Shown in pieces: positions 8,731 through 16,601 of a stretch of DNA of 21,571 nucleotides (positions within the stretch are counted from its first letter, which is position 1; each line of letters starts with the position of its first letter). The DNA lies in the NCBI GenBank assembly GCA_043797665.1, contig JAZDPL010000002.1, forward strand, positions 1-21,571. Direction: 5' to 3'. Under the pieces are notes generated by a model. The model saw only the letters and a list, made by a program, of their open reading frames with translations. It was not told the DNA's origin and ran no database searches. The DNA is from Candidatus Omnitrophota bacterium. Lineage in GTDB: Bacteria; Ratteibacteria; UBA8468; MWAK01. The translations under genes were made by a program, and so were the position numbers.

Positions 8731-8736
8731 TCCCTT

Positions 8737-8842
8737 TGTCATTCCCGCATGTTTTTAGCGGGAATCCAATGAACCAGACAATGAATTCCGGCTTACTATC
8801 TGCCGGAATACGGGTTCTCTTTCCATAGGATTGGAAAGGGCA
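8737..8842. repeat. TGTCATTCC-type REP-like doublet, family E, interrupted at its right end by the 30-bp module
   Basis: TGTCATTCCCGCATGTTTTTAGCGGGAATCCA...TGAATTCCGGCTTACTATCTGCCGGAATA[module]CA; inverted homolog at 10588-10660. Confidence 0.8.
8811..8840 (+). repeat. 30-bp nested hairpin module, family D copy 1
   Basis: CGGGT-T-CTCTTTCCA-TAGGAT-TGGAAAGGG; 9-bp stem with one G-T pair. Confidence 0.8.
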
Positions 8843-8881
8843 ACTTAATTTTAAGACGCCTGTATTATTTAAGGTGAAACA

Positions 8882-9063
8882 GTAAATTACCCCGTGCTTC
8901 CGCACGGGGCATTGGGACATTAAAAATGTTTGTATTCAACATTCAAGGTAGGGGCTTGATTTATCAAGCCCGCGGGTCGGATAAATCCGACCCCTACAAT
9001 TTTGATTGCAAAACAGATCCAAAAGGAAACCCTTTCCTCCCCGTGCTGCCGCACGGGGTATCC
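8882..9063. mobile_element. putative non-autonomous IS200/IS605-like element bounded by two near-identical hairpins, family F; boundaries approximate
   Basis: CCCCGTGC-TTCC-GCACGGGG (8890-8909) and CCCCGTGC-TGCC-GCACGGGG (9039-9058) in direct orientation around an AT-rich non-coding interior. Confidence 0.5.
8948..8997. repeat. GTAG-type REP doublet, family B
   Basis: Exact reverse complement of 3815-3864. Confidence 0.9.
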
Positions 9064-9077
9064 AGGGTTTATTTTTC

Positions 9078-9767
9078 ATGAAAGATATTATTATCCTGGC
9101 TGTAATAATTTTCGCGGTAGCACCGGCAATTATCATCCTGCGTAAAGTCATCCCGGCCGGTATAAAATCCCGGAAAAGGTTAAAAGAAAGTTTTGACCAA
9201 ATCGCGGTTAAGATTGGCGGAAGAACAAACACTTCTTTTTTCAGTTTACCGGGTGTGGAAGGTAATTACAAAGGGATACCGGTCAAAATTATTTATAACG
9301 GCGGCGGTGAAGATACCCTGCCATACTTTAAAATTACTTTTTCCAGGAAACCACCTTTCTGGCTTACCCTGTATGAAGAAAATTCTCTGACCACGTTTGG
9401 TAAAAAACTCAGATTAGTAAAAGAGGTTGTTCTAAACGTTCCGGACTTTGACGAAAAGTTTTTTATCCGGACCAACGACAAAATGCGCAGCATCGTATTT
9501 CTTTCGGATTCCCGGAATAGGGAGACTATTATGCACCTGCACCAGCAGGGCTGGCGATTAACTTTTGGCAAATCTGCGGTAGAAGTTCAAAAAGTGCTCA
9601 AAACTAAAACGACGGAAATAGCAGCTAATTGGTCAAAAGAGGGTACCTCTTCTCTGCTGCGCACATTTCTTCCTCAAGCAAATTCTCCCGGCTTTTTTCA
9701 GACTAATCTAATCACACCCGATGAGGTGGTATTCTTGCTGGAAAGCCTTTATCAGTTGAGATATTAG
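9078..9767 (+). CDS. hypothetical protein with N-terminal transmembrane anchor
   Basis: 229-aa ORF from ATG 9078 (MKDIIILAVIIFAVAPAIIILRK). The ORF-track start at 9006 runs through a repeat hairpin. No family recognised. Confidence 0.7.
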   Translation: MKDIIILAVIIFAVAPAIIILRKVIPAGIKSRKRLKESFDQIAVKIGGRTNTSFFSLPGVEGNYKGIPVKIIYNGGGEDTLPYFKITFSRKPPFWLTLYEENSLTTFGKKLRLVKEVVLNVPDFDEKFFIRTNDKMRSIVFLSDSRNRETIMHLHQQGWRLTFGKSAVEVQKVLKTKTTEIAANWSKEGTSSLLRTFLPQANSPGFFQTNLITPDEVVFLLESLYQLRY

Positions 9768-9783
9768 GAGTTGTCCCTTAGCG

Positions 9784-10536
9784 ATGGAAAGGATAATCTT
9801 TGCACGTACGGAAGGACTAAAAGAAACCTTACCCAGTTTCTGCCCCGGCTGTGGTCACGGCATTCTGATGCGGGTAGTGGCTGAGGTTGTGGTGGAAATG
9901 GGCTTGAGGGAAAAAACCATCGGCATCGCTCCGGTAGGATGTGCGGTTACCGCCTACGACTACTGGAATTTTGACGTTACGGAAGCCGCGCACGGCCGGC
10001 CGCCCGCAGTCGCCACCGGAATCAAGCGGGTACTACCGGACCGACTGGTCTTTACCTACCAGGGAGACGGCGATTTGGCTGCGATCGGCACCGCGGAAAT
10101 TATTCACGCGGCCAACCGGGGTGAAAATATCACCACCATCTTTGTCAACAATGCGGTCTACGGAATGACCCGGGGTCAGATGGCACCCACCACGATGTTA
10201 GGCCAGAAAACTACCACAACCATCTCCGGCCGTGACCCGAAAATCCACGGTTACCCAATCCGGGTCTGCGAACTGTTAGCGGTTCTGGAAGGAACCACCT
10301 ATATCGAACGGATTGCCCTGATTGACCCCCCTTCGGTACAAAAAATAAAGCGGGCAATCCGCAAAGGATTTGAGTGCCAGTTAGCCGAAAAAGGATTTTC
10401 GCTGATTGAAGTCCTTTCTCCCTGTCCGGTAAACTGGGGTCTGGAACCAATAGAAGCGCTTAATTTCATTAAGGAAAAGATGGTGTCCACTTTCCCGCCC
10501 GGTGTAATTAAAGACAATTTTACTAAAAACAGTTAA
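9784..10536 (+). CDS. 2-oxoacid:ferredoxin oxidoreductase beta subunit (TPP-binding)
   Basis: FCPGCGHG, PVGC, HGRPPAVATG, YQGDGDLAAIG...NNAVYGMTxGQ, SPCP. Confidence 0.93.
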   Translation: MERIIFARTEGLKETLPSFCPGCGHGILMRVVAEVVVEMGLREKTIGIAPVGCAVTAYDYWNFDVTEAAHGRPPAVATGIKRVLPDRLVFTYQGDGDLAAIGTAEIIHAANRGENITTIFVNNAVYGMTRGQMAPTTMLGQKTTTTISGRDPKIHGYPIRVCELLAVLEGTTYIERIALIDPPSVQKIKRAIRKGFECQLAEKGFSLIEVLSPCPVNWGLEPIEALNFIKEKMVSTFPPGVIKDNFTKNS

Positions 10537-10548
10537 CTATGTTATACT
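10519..10548 (+). promoter_or_regulatory. putative sigma70-type promoter upstream of the ATPase operon
   Basis: TTTACT (10519-10524), 18-nt spacer, TATACT (10543-10548) with TG at the extended position. Confidence 0.5.
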
Positions 10549-10587
10549 AAATACTTCATGATTTTATAAATTCTCCAGTAAAGACGG

Positions 10588-10660
10588 TGTCATTCCTGTG
10601 GATAGTAAACAGGAATCCAGATTCTGTATAGATTCCCGCTTGAAACATGCGGGAATGACA
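10588..10660. repeat. TGTCATTCC-type REP-like doublet, family E
   Basis: TGTCATTCCTGTGGATAGTAAACAGGAATCCA...TAGATTCCCGCTTGAAACATGCGGGAATGACA; inverted homolog of the copy at 8737. Confidence 0.85.
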
Positions 10661-10681
10661 GACAATTTTGCGGAGGAAAAT

Positions 10682-11167
10682 ATGGACCTAAATATGTTGG
10701 GATTGGCAATCGCAATTCTGGGAGGAGCCTTGGCGGTCGGCTTAGCCGGCAGCGGCTCAGCAATTGGCGTGGCTCTGGCTGGTTCAGCCGCCAGCGGACT
10801 CATCGCGGAAGACCCGGAAAAATTCGGGGCGACCTTACTCCTGGTTGCCCTGCCGGGTACTCAGGGGATATACGGTTTCCTGACGGGATTCCTGGTGATT
10901 ATGAAATTAGGCCTCTTATCTGCCACGGTAATTAAACCCAGTCTATTTCAGGGAATCCAGATATTTGGAGCCTGTATGCCGATTGCCATCGCCGGTTTTA
11001 TCTCTGCAGTACACCAGGGAAAAGTCTGTGCGGCCGGAATCGGGGTGGCCGCCAAAAAACCGGAGGCGGCGATGAAAGCGCTGGTCTACGGCGCTCTGGT
11101 TGAAACCTACGCCATCTTAGGTCTGGTTATGTCCATATTCTTTCTGCAGGGTATTAAACTCCAGTAG
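10682..11167 (+). CDS. atpK: V/A-type ATPase subunit K (c), 4-TM double-hairpin type
   Basis: GGAGG at 10672-10676 before ATG 10682; GSAIGV, LPGTQGIYG, QGKVCAAGI, VETYAIL. Confidence 0.95.
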   Translation: MDLNMLGLAIAILGGALAVGLAGSGSAIGVALAGSAASGLIAEDPEKFGATLLLVALPGTQGIYGFLTGFLVIMKLGLLSATVIKPSLFQGIQIFGACMPIAIAGFISAVHQGKVCAAGIGVAAKKPEAAMKALVYGALVETYAILGLVMSIFFLQGIKLQ

Positions 11168-11170
11168 CCG

Positions 11171-11773
11171 ATGGCCGTTGAAAAACTGCTGAGTAAAATC
11201 CAGGAGGACGTTCAGAAAGAAACCGAAGAACTTCTCTCTCAAACAGACCGTGAAATCCAAGAACTGGAAAAGCAATTCCAGGAAAAATCCGTTCAAAGAG
11301 CGCAAGACTTAATTGCCCGGGGGGAACTGAAACTCAGACAGACTGCCGAAAGGGAACTCACCGCGGAACGGCTTTCCTCCCGGCGAAACATTTTAGCGGA
11401 AAAACAGAAAATATTGGAAGAAATCTACCAAACTGTGCTTGCTCAGATAAAAAAAGACCCGGAAAAACTCCGGGGGTTTTTCAGTACCAATCTGGAACTT
11501 TTAGCCCCGGGCAAATACCACCTGAAGATAGCCAAAGACTTGAGTGCAGTTCTATCCTCGGAGTGGGTCACCAGCACCACCGAACGTTTACAAAAAACCG
11601 GACGGAAGGTTGAATCGGTCACCTATCAGGATGACCTTTCCGGCGAAATAGTTCTTACCTCCGGTAAGATAGAATTAGCCCTTTCTCCCGAGAAAATACT
11701 TTCTTTAAAACGGCCGGAGACAGAAAAGGAACTGGCAAAACTGCTATTCAGGGAAAACAATACAACCGAATAG
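11171..11773 (+). CDS. atpE: V/A-type ATPase subunit E
   Basis: Position after K; charged coiled-coil N-terminus (MAVEKLLSKIQED), ILAEKQKILEEIY, ends ELAKLLF; 200 aa. Confidence 0.8.
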   Translation: MAVEKLLSKIQEDVQKETEELLSQTDREIQELEKQFQEKSVQRAQDLIARGELKLRQTAERELTAERLSSRRNILAEKQKILEEIYQTVLAQIKKDPEKLRGFFSTNLELLAPGKYHLKIAKDLSAVLSSEWVTSTTERLQKTGRKVESVTYQDDLSGEIVLTSGKIELALSPEKILSLKRPETEKELAKLLFRENNTTE

Positions 11774-11774
11774 A

Positions 11775-12680
11775 ATGACAAACTATGCGTATGCGGTTGG
11801 CAGAATCAGGGCTCTGGAAGCAAAGATGCTGGGACCGGAGCGTCTGGACCGTCTGGCAAATTTACCGACGCTGGACAACCTTCTTTCCGAAATAGGCGGG
11901 TCCGGTTATCTTGTTCCCGAAAAAGGAGATTTAGACTTTACGCCGTGGTTTGAAGAAGAAACAGAAAAACTTATCCATCTGTGTAACGGATTGCTTTCAG
12001 AAACAAAGTACCCTTTTTTCTACCGGCTTCCGGCCGACTTTTCCAATCTTTCTCTTCGGGCAAGAAAGGAAACCGGTCTTCCGGCAAAGGAGGAAGGATT
12101 TAATTCCTGGGGCATCATCAGGCTCCCCGATTTAGATTCGGTGTGGTCGGAAAAAGGGCTCTTCCTTTTACCGGAATTTCTGACTAAGGGTTTGGTGGAA
12201 GCCAAAAAGAGATTGGCTGACGAAGGAATTGCCGGATTTGAATTCGTGCTGGGTACTGCCGTCTTTAATTTATTAAAAGAAGCGGCGGGGGAAAGTATCC
12301 TGCTTCAGAGATTAGTGTCATTCTTTGTTGACCGGACCAACATCCGGTCTTTTCTTGCCGGAGGCAAACGTTTTATAGCAGACGGGGGACTCATATCAAC
12401 AGAAATTTTCCGGAAGAACCGGGATGCGGCTTTGATAACAATTGAATTTCATTATCCCCGGATGAAAGCTTACTTAAAACCCGGGTCATCTCAAGAGGAC
12501 CCAAAAGCGGCTGGGACATTCGGATTGGAAGAAGGCTTCCGCGATGTACAGGAAAAGATTCTGGAAGAGAGCCGGTTTATCAGTTTAGGTCCGGAGCCGG
12601 TAATTGCGTACTATTATCGCAAATCACGGGAATTCGCTAACCTGCGCCGGATTCTCTCTTTAAAAATTAGGGGTTGTTAA
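11775..12680 (+). CDS. atpC: V/A-type ATPase subunit C
   Basis: YAYAVGRIRALExxML N-terminus, DxxNI, GPEPVIAYYxxKxxExxNLR C-terminus. Confidence 0.88.
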   Translation: MTNYAYAVGRIRALEAKMLGPERLDRLANLPTLDNLLSEIGGSGYLVPEKGDLDFTPWFEEETEKLIHLCNGLLSETKYPFFYRLPADFSNLSLRARKETGLPAKEEGFNSWGIIRLPDLDSVWSEKGLFLLPEFLTKGLVEAKKRLADEGIAGFEFVLGTAVFNLLKEAAGESILLQRLVSFFVDRTNIRSFLAGGKRFIADGGLISTEIFRKNRDAALITIEFHYPRMKAYLKPGSSQEDPKAAGTFGLEEGFRDVQEKILEESRFISLGPEPVIAYYYRKSREFANLRRILSLKIRGC

Positions 12681-12688
12681 ACAACCCC
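12670..12688. repeat. 19-bp palindrome matching both termini of family A copy 2 (possible collapsed remnant)
   Basis: GGGGTTGT-TAA-ACAACCCC; 8-bp arms identical to the outer ends of 12981-13285; preceded by TTA. Confidence 0.55.
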
Positions 12689-12695
12689 ATAGACT

Positions 12696-12977
12696 ATGAG
12701 AATCGCATTTATCGGTGAAGAACTGGTATTTAAACCGTTCCTGGCGCTGGGACAGGAAGTCTACGGCGCTAAAGAGCCGGCAGAAGCAAGACAGGTTCTT
12801 GCTACACTCAACATCAAGGACTACGCTTTAATCGTTTTAACTCCGGAAGTGGCAGAGGTCCGGCAGGAATTTTCCGGTCCCATATTTCTGGTTCTCCCGG
12901 GTTTGAAAAACCAATCTTCCGGTCAGCAGAAATTAATCTCTGAGGCGATCCGACGCGCAACCGGCCGCGCGATTTAA
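12696..12977 (+). CDS. atpF: V/A-type ATPase subunit F
   Basis: MRIAFIGE..F..LG, YALIVLT, LP, IRRATG; size and operon position. Confidence 0.85.
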   Translation: MRIAFIGEELVFKPFLALGQEVYGAKEPAEARQVLATLNIKDYALIVLTPEVAEVRQEFSGPIFLVLPGLKNQSSGQQKLISEAIRRATGRAI

Positions 12978-12980
12978 TAA

Positions 12981-13285
12981 GGGGTTGTCGCAGAATAAAA
13001 CTAACTATTTGCCAGAGATGACCTTGGAGCGAGACAAGGAGCGAAGAAGATGGCGTACCCCCTGTGGTACGCAAGCGATGAGCGACGCAGTCGTAGCCCA
13101 AAAGCGACCTGGCCCTTTATGGGGAGTCCCATCTTTGGGTCATTGCGGCGTTGCTCCTTGGTTATGTGCCACAGTGGGCACAGCAACCTCCCTTGTCAAT
13201 CCTATGACAAGGGGACCCGTGTCGCGCCTTGCACTAACCTCAACTCCACGACTCCAAATAGTCAGTTTTATTCTGCGACAACCCC
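12981..13285. mobile_element. 305-bp MITE-like element, family A copy 2
   Basis: 31-bp TIRs (12981-13011 and 13255-13285, 30/31), flanked by TAA on both sides; colinear with copy 1 plus a 30-bp insert. Confidence 0.85.
13190..13219 (-). repeat. 30-bp nested hairpin module, family D copy 2
   Basis: Minus strand CGGGT-C-CCCTTGTCA-TAGGAT-TGACAAGGG; accounts exactly for the 305 vs 275 bp length difference. Confidence 0.85.
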
Positions 13286-13292
13286 TAAAAAG

Positions 13293-15044
13293 ATGGAACA
13301 GGGAGAAGTAGTTAAGGTATCCGGACCGCTGGTAGAAGCGGTGAAGATGGAAACCGCCCGGATGTATGACGTTGTCTACGTGGGGACCGAACGCTTAGTG
13401 GGGGAAATAATCCGCCTTTACAAAGATAGAGCCTCCATCCAGGTTTATGAGGATACCTCCGGTATCGGTCCCGGGGACCCGGTCTTCCTGTCCGGAGGTC
13501 CCCTGATGGTGGAATTGGGTCCGGGATTACTTTCCGGTATCTTCGACGGGATTCAACGTCCTTTGAACATCATCGCGGAAGAGATTGGACCCTTTGTCCG
13601 CCGGGGCGTCAGCATCCCTTCCCTGCCCCGGAAAAAGCCCTGGGACTTTACCGCACTTGCCAAAAAAGGTGATTCGGTCCAGCCTGGAGATATCCTGGGT
13701 ACGGTTCCGGAAACCTCGCTCATAACCCATAAAATACTGGTACCGCCGGACATCTCCGGAAAAATATCCGAGATTAAATCCGGCAGATTTACCATAGAAG
13801 ATTCTCTCGGTGTCATTCAGACCTCCTCCGGAGTGAAAGAGATAAAGATGTACCAAACCTGGCCGGTACGACAAGCCAGACCATACCGGGAAAAAATAAG
13901 ACCGGAGACACCCCTGGTAACCGGACAACGTGTGGTAGACACCCTTTTCCCCATTGCTAAAGGCGGTTCTGCCGCCATCCCCGGACCGTTTGGAGCCGGT
14001 AAGACCGTCTTCCTGCACCAGATTGCCAAATGGGCGAACAGCCAGATTATCGTCTATGTCGGCTGTGGAGAACGCGGCAACGAAATGGCTGACGTCCTTC
14101 TGGAATTTCCGGAATTGAAAGACCCCCAGAGCGGCCAGCCTTTAATGGAACGTACCATCCTCATCGCCAATACCTCCAATATGCCGGTCGCGGCGCGGGA
14201 AGCCAGTATCTATACCGGCATTACCCTGGCAGAATACTACCGGGATATGGGCTATGACGTAGCCTTAATGGCGGATTCAACCAGCCGCTGGGCTGAAGCC
14301 TTACGGGAAATCTCCGGCCGGATGGAGGAGATGCCGGGCGAAGAAGGTTATCCCGCTTACTTAGGCACCCGGGTCGCCGCATTCTACGAACGTAGCGGCC
14401 GGGTAATATGTCTGGGGAACGACTCCCGCTATGGTTCACTTACCGCAGTCGGAGCGGTCTCTCCACCCGGCGGTGACCTGAACGACCCGGTGGTCCAGAT
14501 GACCCTGCGCACGGTCAAAGCCTTCTGGTCTTTAGACGACCAACTGGCTTATCAACGACACTTTCCAGCCATCAACTGGCTCTCCAGTTATTCCCTGTAT
14601 CTGGAAAACCTGGACGGATTCTATCGCGGGGAGATTTCTTCCGAATTCCCCACCTTACGCAACTGGGCAATAGAAACCTTGAGCCGGGAAGCACAATTGC
14701 GTGAGATTGTCCGCTTAATCGGAACGGAAACTCTCTCTCTTTCGGAACGTCTAATTCTGGATACCGCCCGTTCTATTCGCGAAGACTTCCTGCACCAGTT
14801 CGCTTTTGACGAACGGGATGCCTATACCACCCTGACAAAACAGATGTTAATGCTTAAGGCAATTTACCTTTTCCACGAAAAGGCTGAAGAGGCAATCGCC
14901 GAAGGAATTCCCTTCAACAAAATTCTGGGAATGGCGGTCCGCGATGCCATCATCCAGGTCCGCTACGTGGCGGAAGAAGATTTAGCCTATTTTTCAAAAT
15001 TAGAACAGGAAATCATTACCACGTTCGAATCTTTACGCAAATAG
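13293..15044 (+). CDS. atpA: V/A-type ATPase catalytic subunit A
   Basis: MEQGEVVKVSGPLV start; GPFGAGKT Walker A, GCGERGNE, ADSTSRWAEALRE, MPGEEGYPAYL. Confidence 0.97.
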   Translation: MEQGEVVKVSGPLVEAVKMETARMYDVVYVGTERLVGEIIRLYKDRASIQVYEDTSGIGPGDPVFLSGGPLMVELGPGLLSGIFDGIQRPLNIIAEEIGPFVRRGVSIPSLPRKKPWDFTALAKKGDSVQPGDILGTVPETSLITHKILVPPDISGKISEIKSGRFTIEDSLGVIQTSSGVKEIKMYQTWPVRQARPYREKIRPETPLVTGQRVVDTLFPIAKGGSAAIPGPFGAGKTVFLHQIAKWANSQIIVYVGCGERGNEMADVLLEFPELKDPQSGQPLMERTILIANTSNMPVAAREASIYTGITLAEYYRDMGYDVALMADSTSRWAEALREISGRMEEMPGEEGYPAYLGTRVAAFYERSGRVICLGNDSRYGSLTAVGAVSPPGGDLNDPVVQMTLRTVKAFWSLDDQLAYQRHFPAINWLSSYSLYLENLDGFYRGEISSEFPTLRNWAIETLSREAQLREIVRLIGTETLSLSERLILDTARSIREDFLHQFAFDERDAYTTLTKQMLMLKAIYLFHEKAEEAIAEGIPFNKILGMAVRDAIIQVRYVAEEDLAYFSKLEQEIITTFESLRK

Positions 15045-15048
15045 GAAA

Positions 15049-15110
15049 CGGGCGTCATAAATGTCGCCCCTACATTTCAAATTTGTAGGGGTTTGATTTA
15101 TCAAACCCGC
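15049..15110. repeat. two GTAG-type REP units head-to-head, family B
   Basis: CGGGCGTCATAAATGTCGCCCCTAC (15049-15073, minus) and GTAGGGGTTTGATTTATCAAACCCGC (15085-15110, plus). Confidence 0.85.
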
Positions 15111-15115
15111 GTATT

Positions 15116-16513
15116 ATGGAAACGTTGCCCAAACAGTACCGGTCAGTGGTTGAAATCAGCGGTCCGCTTATTCTGGTGGAAAACGTCTCCGGAGTCAAGT
15201 TTAATGAAATCGCCGAGATAACTCTCCCGGACGGCTCCATCCGCCGGGGACAGGTCCTGGAATTGGACGGAGACAAGGCGCTCCTTCAGGTATTTGAAGG
15301 AACCACCGGCTTAAACCCTTTCCAGATAAAAGTCAGGTTTGAAGGCAAAGGACTGCAATTAGGAGTTTCACCGGATATTTTAGGCCGGGTCTTTGACGGC
15401 CTGGGCAGACCCATCGACAAAGGACCGGCCATATTGCCGGAAAAGTACCTGGATATTAACGGAAGCCCGATAAATCCCGTATCACGCGACTATCCGTCAG
15501 AATTTATACAAACCGGAATTTCCGCTATTGACGGGCTGAACAGCCTGGTCAGGGGCCAGAAACTTCCCATCTTCTCCGGAAGCGGATTACCCCACAACCG
15601 GCTGACCGCCCAGGTCTGCCGACAGAGTAAAGTTTTAGGAAAAGAAACAAAGTTTGGCATCGTCTTTGCGGCGATGGGCATCACCTTTGAAGAAGCCGAT
15701 TTCTTCATCCAGGACTTCCGGAAGACCGGTGCGATTGAACGGAGCGTGCTCTTTGTCAACCTGGCTGACGACCCGGCAATCGAGCGCATCGCTACGCCCA
15801 GATTGGCTCTGACTACTGCCGAGTATCTGGCGTTTGAATTGGGAATGCATATCCTGGTGGTACTTACCGATTTAACCAACTACGCGGAAGCCTTACGGGA
15901 AATTTCCGCAGCCCGCAATGAGGTGCCGGGCAGACGCGGCTACCCCAGTTATCTTTACACTGATTTGGCAACCATCTTTGAGCGAGCCGGACGGATTAAA
16001 GGTAAGACCGGTTCCATTACCCAGATGCCCATCCTCTCAATGCCTGAGGACGACAAGACCCATCCTATCCCTGACCTTACCGGTTACATTACGGAAGGGC
16101 AGATTATCCTTTCCCGGACCCTTCACCAGAGCGGCATCTACCCGCCGGTTGACGTTCTGCCTTCGCTTTCCCGGCTCCGGGACAAAGGGATTGGAACCGA
16201 TAGAACCAGGGAAGACCATCCCGCCTTAGCCAGTCAGTTGTTCGCCTCATACGCCCGAAGCCGGGAAGTCCGGGAATTAGCGATGGTGTTGGGCGAAGCG
16301 GCCCTTTCCGAAGAAGATAAACCCTACATAAATTTTGGAACCGCCTTTGAAAAAGAATTCTTAAATCAAAGCGAAAACGAAGACCGTTCCGTTATTCAAA
16401 CGCTGGATACCGGGTGGAAATTGCTGGCTATGTTACCGCGTGCCGAACTGAAACGTATCCGCCGGCCCATCCTGGAAAAATACCTCCCCGCAGATAAAGG
16501 AGTGTCATTCTGA
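15116..16513 (+). CDS. atpB: V/A-type ATPase subunit B
   Basis: [54 protein letters not shown]. Confidence 0.97.
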   Translation: METLPKQYRSVVEISGPLILVENVSGVKFNEIAEITLPDGSIRRGQVLELDGDKALLQVFEGTTGLNPFQIKVRFEGKGLQLGVSPDILGRVFDGLGRPIDKGPAILPEKYLDINGSPINPVSRDYPSEFIQTGISAIDGLNSLVRGQKLPIFSGSGLPHNRLTAQVCRQSKVLGKETKFGIVFAAMGITFEEADFFIQDFRKTGAIERSVLFVNLADDPAIERIATPRLALTTAEYLAFELGMHILVVLTDLTNYAEALREISAARNEVPGRRGYPSYLYTDLATIFERAGRIKGKTGSITQMPILSMPEDDKTHPIPDLTGYITEGQIILSRTLHQSGIYPPVDVLPSLSRLRDKGIGTDRTREDHPALASQLFASYARSREVRELAMVLGEAALSEEDKPYINFGTAFEKEFLNQSENEDRSVIQTLDTGWKLLAMLPRAELKRIRRPILEKYLPADKGVSF

Positions 16514-16594
16514 GTACGGGTACCCTTACAGTTGAATCTGTAAGGGAACGAAGAATCTAATCCTTCAGATCCTTCGCTGACGCTCAGGATGACA
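16503..16594. repeat. TGTCATTCTGA-type doublet, family C, with nested 30-bp module
   Basis: TGTCATTCTGAGTA[module]AACGAAGAATCT...AGATCCTTCGCTGACGCTCAGGATGACA; supplies the atpB TGA stop. Confidence 0.85.
16517..16546 (+). repeat. 30-bp nested hairpin module, family D copy 3
   Basis: CGGGT-A-CCCTTACAG-TTGAAT-CTGTAAGGG; perfect 9-bp stem. Confidence 0.85.
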
Positions 16595-16601
16595 AGAATC
16601 T

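Noticed and set aside
9006..9077. Upstream TTG start for the hypothetical protein
   Set aside because: Runs through the family F hairpin; ATG 9078 directly precedes the transmembrane segment.
10598..10681. N-terminal extension of subunit K
   Set aside because: Translates a family E repeat; GGAGG plus ATG 10682 is the better start.
13050..13292. 81-aa N-terminal extension of ATPase subunit A in the ORF track
   Set aside because: It lies in the family A element; similarity to subunit A begins at ATG 13293. Kept only as a translation hypothesis under findings.
13293..15044. Intein in ATPase subunit A
   Set aside because: Length (583 aa) is normal and the Walker A and GCGERGNE regions are uninterrupted.
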